NCBI GenBank assembly: GCA_965223415.1 | Contig: OZ245002.1 | Location: forward strand, 4,096,001 to 4,160,000 | Length of the DNA stretch: 64,000 nt | From: Myxococcota bacterium | GTDB taxonomy: Bacteria > Myxococcota_A > UBA9160 > UBA6930 | Reading direction: 5' to 3' | In this document: positions 57,561-64,000 of the stretch, one piece after another | Numbering within the stretch: the stretch's first letter is position 1 | How the letters are laid out: the number at the start of each line of letters is the position of its first letter | The notes under the pieces: generated by a model | Databases searched by the model: none | The model's input: the letters and a program-made list of their open reading frames with translations, nothing else | Told to the model about the DNA's origin: nothing | Translations under genes and position numbers: made by a program

Positions 57561-58052
57561 CTAGCCCTCGGCGTCGGGCCGGTAGCGGGGCGTGGGGCTC
57601 ACCCGCACGGCGTCCCCGATCCGCCAGCCGGCCTGATCGGCCGTGCCCGCCGGAACCTCCAGCACCAGGTCGATGGGCTCGCGCGGCCGGTACCGGGGCA
57701 GCGGCGGATCCACCTCGTGGGGCACCCGCGCGTGGACGTCGACGATGCGCCCCGCGCGGATCCACACGATGTCGATGTCGAAGTGCATGTCCGGCATCCA
57801 GAAGAAGGGACGCTCCGGCGGCTCGTAGGGAAACAGCATGCCGCGGCCGGCGGCGAGGGAAGGGCGACCGGACAGGCCCCGGCGCCGGCGAGCCGGCGTG
57901 TCCGCCACGTCGGCTTCGATGCGGTGGATGCCGATCTCTACCGTGGCCGTTGCCGTAGGCGTCGGCGCCGCGGCGACCGGTACGGCGTCGTCGCCGGCCT
58001 CGCAGGCGGTCGCGAGCACCATCAGGGCGAGAAGCGGCGCGTGGCTCCTCAT
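57561..58052 (-). CDS. DUF192 family lipoprotein
   Basis: Lipobox ATAC; VADTP..GLSGR..GMLF..FWM..DIVW..VLEVPAG. Confidence 0.88.
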   Translation of the reverse strand: MRSHAPLLALMVLATACEAGDDAVPVAAAPTPTATATVEIGIHRIEADVADTPARRRRGLSGRPSLAAGRGMLFPYEPPERPFFWMPDMHFDIDIVWIRAGRIVDVHARVPHEVDPPLPRYRPREPIDLVLEVPAGTADQAGWRIGDAVRVSPTPRYRPDAEG

Positions 58053-58327
58053 CGGATCGTGAAGCCCACCAGGCCCTTCGGTGGCTCCGGCGTCACCTCC
58101 GCCGTGTCCACCTGCGCCCACCGGGGCCCCACCCGACAGAAGGCCAGCATCGCCTCCACCTGAGCCTCGCTCCCCTCGACCACCGCCTCGACGCTCCCGT
58201 CTTCCCGGTTGCGCACCCAGCCCCGGGCGCCGACCCGCTCCGCCTCGTCCCGGGTGCACGTGCGGAACGCCACGCCCTGCACCCGGCCGTGGACGCGGAT
58301 CCGCCTTCGCTGCTGGGCCTCGCTCAT
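58049..58327 (-). CDS. acyP: Acylphosphatase
   Basis: GRVQGVAFR, GWVRNREDGSVE, GP..AQV. Confidence 0.93.
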   Translation of the reverse strand: MSEAQQRRRIRVHGRVQGVAFRTCTRDEAERVGARGWVRNREDGSVEAVVEGSEAQVEAMLAFCRVGPRWAQVDTAEVTPEPPKGLVGFTIR

Positions 58328-58421
58328 GGGCGCTCTAGAATGGCGGACCCCGCGTCTCGGCGGAAGCGCAGGAAGGCTCGGAAGCAAGTCTCAGGTTATC
58401 TCTCCAAATGAAGCTCAACTC

Positions 58422-58763
58422 ATGGAATCTGAAAGGGAAATGCCCCGCATCCTCTCCCAGCGCGCTGCCCGCACCCTGACCAACGTGGCCGACGCCCTCG
58501 GGCTGGAGGAGCCGGCCCGGCTGGTCGCCCTGGCTCCGGCGGCCGAGGCCTGGCTGCGCCACCGCGGAGTGAGAGCGGTTCGGCGGGCCTGGCTGGCGCT
58601 CGCCTGGATCGAGTGGCGCCCGTTGTTGCGCATCCCGCCCGGCCGGCCCTTCTCGCGCCTGCCGCGGGCCGAGCGCCGCGCCCTCTTGGAGCAGCGCCTT
58701 CCGGGCGTCGTCCGGGGCATGATCGACGCCAGCGCGAAGCCCTACTCCTCGCCGGGTGCGTAG
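58422..58763 (+). CDS. Small hypothetical protein
   Basis: Open frame after an AT-rich spacer; PFSRLPRAERRALL; overlaps the sigma gene end by 22 nt; start may be 58440. Confidence 0.45.
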   Translation: MESEREMPRILSQRAARTLTNVADALGLEEPARLVALAPAAEAWLRHRGVRAVRRAWLALAWIEWRPLLRIPPGRPFSRLPRAERRALLEQRLPGVVRGMIDASAKPYSSPGA

Positions 58764-59695
58764 TACTCGAAGTCGACGACGTTCTCGCGCAGGTACTCCC
58801 GGAGCCGGTCGACCAGCCCCTTCTCGAGCTGCCGCACCCGCTCCCGGGTGAGGCCGAGCTCGTCGCCGATCTCTTGCAGGGTGCGGGGATCGGACGCCAG
58901 CACCCGCTCGCTCATGATGAGGTGCTCCCGCTCGTCCAGCTCCTCCGAGAACTTCTCGACGTGCTCGAGGAAGGTGCGACGCAGGTCCTGCATCGCCATC
59001 TGGTCCTCGGCGTCCTCCCCGGCGCCGGCTGCCAGGAAGTCGCCGAAGCGGGCGCCGTCCTCCTCTTCGCCGCTCACCGGCGCGTCCAGGGACAGATCGC
59101 CCTGGGACAGACGCTGCTCCATCTCGATGACGTCCTGCTCGGACACCTCGAGCCGCTCGGCCAAGAGCTTGGGGCCGACCTCGAAGCCCTGGCGCTCGAG
59201 CTCGCGCTTCTCCCGGCCGAGCCGGAAGAAGAGCTTGCGCTGGGCCCGGCTCGAGCCCACGCGCACGAGCCGGATGTTGTCGATCAGGTACTTCAGGATG
59301 AAGGCGCGGATCCAGTACGCGGCGTAGGTGGCGAGCTTCGTGCCCGCCATCGGGTCGAAGCGCTCGACCGCCTGCACCAAGCCGACGTTGCCCTCCTGGA
59401 TCAGGTCGAGGGTGTTCGTCCAGGCGCGCCGGTACTCCATGGCGATCTTCACGACCAGCCGGAGGTTCGAGAGCACCAACCGTCGCCCCGCCTCCGCGTC
59501 GCCGTGCTCCCGCCAGCGGACGGCCAGCTCGTGCTCCTCTTCCCGGGAGATCGGCGGGTACTGGCGCAGCTCCGCCATGTAGCGGGTGAGGGCGTCGACC
59601 CGCTCGACGCCCCGCTCGGCGGTCGCGGGGACGCGCTCCTTCGAAGGCTCGGCCGGAACCGGCAGCGTGGGATCGCGATCGTCCGCGGGGGGCAT
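58742..59695 (-). CDS. rpoH: RNA polymerase sigma factor, RpoH (sigma32) family
   Basis: NLRLVVKIA, DLIQEGNVGL, TYAAYWIRA, RpoH box AQRKLFFRL, TRERVRQLE. Confidence 0.88.
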   Translation of the reverse strand: MPPADDRDPTLPVPAEPSKERVPATAERGVERVDALTRYMAELRQYPPISREEEHELAVRWREHGDAEAGRRLVLSNLRLVVKIAMEYRRAWTNTLDLIQEGNVGLVQAVERFDPMAGTKLATYAAYWIRAFILKYLIDNIRLVRVGSSRAQRKLFFRLGREKRELERQGFEVGPKLLAERLEVSEQDVIEMEQRLSQGDLSLDAPVSGEEEDGARFGDFLAAGAGEDAEDQMAMQDLRRTFLEHVEKFSEELDEREHLIMSERVLASDPRTLQEIGDELGLTRERVRQLEKGLVDRLREYLRENVVDFEYYAPGEE

Positions 59696-59741
59696 CGGCT
59701 GGCAGGCTAGCTCGGGGGCCTTCACGGGGCCCGGAAACGAG

Positions 59742-59773
59742 AAGGGCGGGGTCGTTCGATCGGCCCCGCCCTT
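59742..59773 (-). terminator. Probable intrinsic terminator of the cytochrome c gene
   Basis: aagggcggggtcg / cggccccgccctt stem about 20 nt after the stop, followed by a pyrimidine-rich tail on the minus strand. Confidence 0.65.
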
Positions 59774-59792
59774 TCAAATCGACGACTTGCGT

Positions 59793-60161
59793 CTATTCCT
59801 TCAGGGTCTTGATGAACGCGACGACGTTGTCCAGGTCGGCGTCGGCCAGGTGGCCCCAGGGCGCCATCACCGGGTTGCCGCCGTAGGCGGCCGCGCCGTT
59901 CTGGATCACCAGCTTGAGATCGTTGTCCTCGCCGGGCGTGCCGTTCTTGTCCGCGTCGAACTTGAATTCGCCCACCGAGAAGTCCCGGGGCGGGGGCTGC
60001 AGGGCCACGCCCGCCGGCCCGTCGCCCTTGCCGGTGGGACCGTGGCAGGTGGTGCACAGCATGTCGTAGGTGGCCTTGCCGGCGGCGGCGTCGCCCGCGA
60101 AGCCGGGGGCAGCGAGGAGCAGGAGCGCGCCGCCGAGCAGCGCGAATTGGATTCGCTTCAT
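59793..60161 (-). CDS. Monoheme cytochrome c
   Basis: Signal peptide, CTTCHG, GDGPAG..PPPRDF, MAPW. Confidence 0.93.
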   Translation of the reverse strand: MKRIQFALLGGALLLLAAPGFAGDAAAGKATYDMLCTTCHGPTGKGDGPAGVALQPPPRDFSVGEFKFDADKNGTPGEDNDLKLVIQNGAAAYGGNPVMAPWGHLADADLDNVVAFIKTLKE

Positions 60162-60244
60162 GTCGTCTCCGTTGGATCGAGAAGGACGGTCCGGATTTGG
60201 ACGCGGATCCTAGGCAGGGGATTCATTGGCGTCCAGAACGCCTC

Positions 60245-61798
60245 TCAGCCCAGCTTCACGTCCTTCCATGCGCCCAGGAGCTCGAGCAGCGCCCGCACGC
60301 CGAAGCCCGTGGCGCCCCGGGCCTGGGTGGGGCCACCCGCCTCGGTATCCGCCACCGAGGCGATGTCCAGGTGAGCCCAGGGCAGGTCCTCGGCGACGAA
60401 ATGGGACAGGAAGGCGCCGGCGGTGATGGTGCCCGCGTCGCGGCCTCCGGTCTGCCGGACGTCGGCGATCTTGCTCTTCATGTGGTCCCGGTGGGCGTCC
60501 CACAGCGGAAGCTGCCAGAAGCGCTCGCCGGTGGCCTCGCCGGCCCGCACGACGGCTTCGGCCAGTCGGTCGTGGTTGGCCACCACGGCCGCCGCCCACG
60601 AGCCCAGGGCGATGGCTGCCGCGCCGGTGAGCGTCGCCAGGTCGAGGATCGCCTGGGGCTCGTACTCGGTCTGGGCGAGGTGGAGGCAATCGGCCAGCAC
60701 GAGCCGGCCCTCGGCGTCGGTGTTCGTCACTTCGATCGTCTTGCCGGAGCCACTCGTCAGGATGTCGTCCACCCTGTAGGCGTGACCGCTCGGCATGTTC
60801 TCGACCGCGCCCACGATGCCCACCACGTGGAGCGGGATCTTGAGCAGCGCGACGGCCCGCATGGCACCGATCACGGCGGCCCCGCCGGACATGTCGTGCT
60901 TCATCTTCACCATGCTGGCGGCGGGCTTGAGGGAGAGGCCCCCGGAGTCGAAGCACACGCCCTTGCCGACGAGGCACACGGTGGGCCGCTTGCGGGCGGG
61001 CTTCTTCTTGCCCTTCGCGCGGGTGGGTGGGTTGTGCTCGAGCACGATTAGGCGAGGCTTGTTGTGGCTGCCCTGCGCCACGGCCAGCATCGCGCCCAGC
61101 TTGCGCTTGGCGAGCTCCGCCGGCTCCAGGATGCGCGCCTTGAGCCCCACCTCTTTCGCCATCTTCTCGGCCGCCTTTGCCAGCCCTGCCGGCGGCATCA
61201 CGTTGGGCGGCTCGTTCGAGAGATCGCGCGCCAGGTTCTGGGACTCGGCCAGCGCCACGCCTCGCTGCACGCCGGCGCGGGCACCGCGCAGATCGCCGGA
61301 CTTCTCGAGGTGGATCTCGAGCTTTCCGACCGGGCCCTTCCCGCCGTTCTCCCGCCCGCTCTTCTGGTAGCGGTCGAAGCGGTAGTGGCCGAGCACGGCG
61401 CCTTCGGCGAGGGCCTGGCACAGGGCCGGCGCGCGCAGGCGACGGGTCGCCGGGGCGAGGAGCGCCGCGGCCTGGGTCTTGTGTCGGCGCGCCGCCCCCG
61501 CGGCGCGGCCGGCGGCGTCTCGGGCGGCCCGCGCGTCCACGCCCGATTCGGCGCCGAGGCCGATCAGGAGGACGCGCGCGGCGCCGCCCGCGGCCGGGTA
61601 GAGCAGCAGCGTCTCGCCGCGCTTGCCACGGAAGTCGCCGCGGGCAAGGGCGCTCGCGATGGCTCCGCCCAGGCTCTTGTCGAGGGCGGCGACCCGTCCC
61701 GGCAGCCGCCAGCGCTCCGGATCCAGCTCGGTCATGGGAATGGCGAGCAGCTCCGGCTCGTTGGCCAGCGGGCTGCGGGTGGATGCGGTGACCTGCAT
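60245..61798 (-). CDS. pepA: Leucyl aminopeptidase (M17)
   Basis: VGKGVCFDSGG, MKHDMSG, ENMP, NTDAEGRL, ATLTGA, HLDIA. Confidence 0.96.
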   Translation of the reverse strand: MQVTASTRSPLANEPELLAIPMTELDPERWRLPGRVAALDKSLGGAIASALARGDFRGKRGETLLLYPAAGGAARVLLIGLGAESGVDARAARDAAGRAAGAARRHKTQAAALLAPATRRLRAPALCQALAEGAVLGHYRFDRYQKSGRENGGKGPVGKLEIHLEKSGDLRGARAGVQRGVALAESQNLARDLSNEPPNVMPPAGLAKAAEKMAKEVGLKARILEPAELAKRKLGAMLAVAQGSHNKPRLIVLEHNPPTRAKGKKKPARKRPTVCLVGKGVCFDSGGLSLKPAASMVKMKHDMSGGAAVIGAMRAVALLKIPLHVVGIVGAVENMPSGHAYRVDDILTSGSGKTIEVTNTDAEGRLVLADCLHLAQTEYEPQAILDLATLTGAAAIALGSWAAAVVANHDRLAEAVVRAGEATGERFWQLPLWDAHRDHMKSKIADVRQTGGRDAGTITAGAFLSHFVAEDLPWAHLDIASVADTEAGGPTQARGATGFGVRALLELLGAWKDVKLG

Positions 61799-61903
61799 CA
61801 CGTCTCCTCACGTTGATGCGCCATGGGCGCTTTCCTAGACTGCGTCGATTCGCCTCTCGCCGCAGCGATTGCCGCAACGATGGGAGAGGCAAACGGAAGG
61901 TGT

Positions 61904-62644
61904 ATGAGCCTCATCCTCGCCGGGACGGACGTGGGGGGACGTCTCGCGAGCTTGGACCTCTTCGACCTGATCTGGCAGGCGTCGTGGATCGTCCAGCTCG
62001 TCATCCTCCTCCTGGTGGCCGCCTCGATTCTTTCTTGGGCTGCGATCGTATTCAAGTGGCGCGAGCTGAACGGCGCCGAGCAGGATAGCGAGGCCTTCCT
62101 CGAGACCTATCACGAAGCCGGTCTCGATCGCGCCTACGAGGCCGCCAAGGCCATGGAGCGTTCGCCCCTCTCGGCGATCTTCCTCACCGCCTACGGCGAG
62201 CTCCAGCGCATCGGCCGCTACGCCGGGCGGGCGCCGGACGATCCCCTCGACGAGGCCCAGGTGCACTCGCTCTCCCGTCAGGTCCACTGGGTGGCCGCCC
62301 AGGAAGAGCTTCGCCTCGAGGCCCGGCTCTCGTTCCTGGCCACGGTCGGCGCCGCGGCGCCCTTTGTCGGCCTGTTCGGAACGGTCATCGGCATCATCAA
62401 CGCCTTCTCGGGAATCGGCGCGGCGGGCAGCGCCAGCCTGGCCGTCGTGGCGCCCGGCATCGCCGAGGCGCTGATCGCGACGGCCATCGGGCTCTTCGCC
62501 GCCATTCCCGCGACCATCTTCTACAACCTCTTCGTCGCGCGGCTGCGCGAGCTTCACCGCGCCATCGAGCTGTTCGGGGACGAGCTGCTGGGCGATCTGC
62601 GGCGCCCCGGTGGGGTCCCGGCCGTGCGCGCGGTCGAGGCCTGA
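61904..62644 (+). CDS. tolQ: Tol-Pal system protein TolQ
   Basis: LATVGAAAPFVGLFGTVIGI, SLAVVAPGIAEALIATAIGLFAAIPA. Confidence 0.92.
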   Translation: MSLILAGTDVGGRLASLDLFDLIWQASWIVQLVILLLVAASILSWAAIVFKWRELNGAEQDSEAFLETYHEAGLDRAYEAAKAMERSPLSAIFLTAYGELQRIGRYAGRAPDDPLDEAQVHSLSRQVHWVAAQEELRLEARLSFLATVGAAAPFVGLFGTVIGIINAFSGIGAAGSASLAVVAPGIAEALIATAIGLFAAIPATIFYNLFVARLRELHRAIELFGDELLGDLRRPGGVPAVRAVEA

Positions 62645-62647
62645 GCC

Positions 62648-63055
62648 GTGGCCGGGGGGCGTCTGGGCCGCGAGCACGCGGCGATGTCCGAGATCAACGT
62701 CACGCCCTTCGTGGACGTGATGCTGGTGCTGCTGATCATCTTCATGGTGACGGCGCCGATGCTGCAGCAGGGCCTCGACGTCGATCTTCCCGAGACCACG
62801 ACCCAACCGCTCCGGATGCAGGACGAGCCGCTGATCCTGACCGTCGACAAGGAGGGCGCCTACCACCTGGCGAGTGTCGAGATCCCCTTCGAGGAGCTCG
62901 GCACCAAGCTCGGGGCCATCTTCGAGGCCACCCCGGACAAGGAGATCTTCCTGCGGGCGGACAAGGAGGCGCCCTACGGGCTGGTCGTGAAGGCCATGGC
63001 GGCGGCCCGGGAGGCCGGAGCCCGCAGCCTCGGAATCGTGACCGAGCCCGAGTAG
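62648..63055 (+). CDS. tolR: Tol-Pal system protein TolR
   Basis: SEINVTPFVDVMLVLLIIFMVTAP, LRADKEAPYG. Confidence 0.92.
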   Translation: MAGGRLGREHAAMSEINVTPFVDVMLVLLIIFMVTAPMLQQGLDVDLPETTTQPLRMQDEPLILTVDKEGAYHLASVEIPFEELGTKLGAIFEATPDKEIFLRADKEAPYGLVVKAMAAAREAGARSLGIVTEPE

Positions 63056-63092
63056 GGCGGAACCCGGCGCCGGCGACGGGCGACTGAACCAC

Positions 63093-63857
63093 GTGCAGGG
63101 AGTCCTCGAGAGTTGGGAGGCCGATCGCCAGCGGCAGTACCGCCGCTTCGTCGGGGTGTCGGCCGCCGTCCACCTGGCCGGGGCGCTCCTCTTCGTGCTG
63201 AACCCGAGCTTCGGCCGGGAGCCGGCCCTGCCGGGGGTGGTGAGAGTGGATCTGGTGGCCGTGGCGCCCCCGGCGCCCGCCCGCCGGCCCGCCCCGAAGC
63301 CCAAGGCGGCCCCGAAGCCGAAGCCCGTGCCGAAGCCCAAGCCGGCGGTGAAGCCCAAGCCCAAGCCGCCCGTCGTAGACAAAAAGGTGTTGCCCAAGGA
63401 GCCGGTCGCCAAGCCCACCCCGGAGCCGGCGCCGCCGGCCCCGGCCGAGAAACCGCTGGAGTACGAAGACGTGTTGGCTCAGCTGCGCGAGAACGCGAAG
63501 GAAGACTTCCCCGAGGCGGCGCCCCAGGTGGCGCCCCCCGCCGCCCGCACCGGGCCGATCGGCGGGCCGGGCCGGCCGATCTCGGCGGAGGAGTTCGCCT
63601 GGCGCGAGCGGGCCCGGGCCTTCGTGCTCCAGAGCTGGGTGCTGGCGCCGGGCTTCCGCTCCCAGCCGCTCGTGACCGTGGTGGACGTGGAGCTCTCCGC
63701 CTCCGGCGACATCCGCAGCACGCGCATCGCCGAGCGCTCCGGCAATCCCTGGTACGACGAGAGCGTCGAGCGGGCCATCCAGAAGGCCGGGCCCCTTCCC
63801 CCACCGCCGGAATCCGGCCGCTGGCAGTTCCGCTTCAGCCCCACGGATCTGCGATGA
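63093..63857 (+). CDS. tolA: TolA/TonB-family energy transducer
   Basis: TM with SAAVH motif, KP-rich linker, SGNPWYDESVERAIQKAGPLPPPP. Confidence 0.85.
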   Translation: MQGVLESWEADRQRQYRRFVGVSAAVHLAGALLFVLNPSFGREPALPGVVRVDLVAVAPPAPARRPAPKPKAAPKPKPVPKPKPAVKPKPKPPVVDKKVLPKEPVAKPTPEPAPPAPAEKPLEYEDVLAQLRENAKEDFPEAAPQVAPPAARTGPIGGPGRPISAEEFAWRERARAFVLQSWVLAPGFRSQPLVTVVDVELSASGDIRSTRIAERSGNPWYDESVERAIQKAGPLPPPPESGRWQFRFSPTDLR

Positions 63858-64000
63858 GGGCAGCACTCGCCATCGGGATCGCCGTGGGGTGTCTCACGTC
63901 CGCCGCCTGGGCCCAGGGTCGCGCGCCGATCGACGTGTTCGATCCGCGGGACCGCACGCTGAAGGTGGCGGTGCAGCGCTTCGCCCAGACCTCTCGCGGC
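63854..64000 (+). CDS. tolB: Probable TolB N-terminus (runs off the window)
   Basis: ATGA overlap with tolA, signal peptide, LKVAVQRF; called mainly on synteny. Confidence 0.6.
   Translation, partial: MRAALAIGIAVGCLTSAAWAQGRAPIDVFDPRDRTLKVAVQRFAQTSRG

Noticed and set aside
63280..63380. Repetitive aagccc/aagccg tract
   Set aside because: Encodes the normal Lys-Pro linker of TolA/TonB

Overview
Very GC-rich, densely coded bacterial chromosomal segment. Gene content (ftsEX-envC-ctpA, a stand-alone MshEN protein, bactofilin, an RpoH-box sigma factor, tolQRAB, PEP-CTERM) suggests a diderm deltaproteobacterium/Myxococcota relative; this is inference only. Most genes are housekeeping: cell division, xseAB-ispA-dxs-tlyA, Fe-S/sulfur, LPS core, a GldAFG-like ABC system, holB-metG-tatD-suhB, Moco, pepA and tol. 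No rRNA, tRNA, CRISPR array or transposase was found. Standouts: (1) a solitary cytoplasmic trypsin-like protease fused to a DNase I-like (EEP) nuclease behind a perfect TGTGA-N6-TCACA box, a candidate single-gene protease-activated nuclease defence system; (2) a double peptide-ABC cluster whose OppF-like ATPase is fused through a TM helix to a GspG/pseudopilin-like domain, followed by an ATPase-less MshEN protein; (3) a perfect 34-bp palindrome made of two back-to-back ECF-type promoters; (4) three REP/MITE-like palindromic elements, including a perfect 42-bp inverted repeat; (5) a recurrent leaderless-promoter signature. All product calls come from motif recognition by eye; no searches were run.
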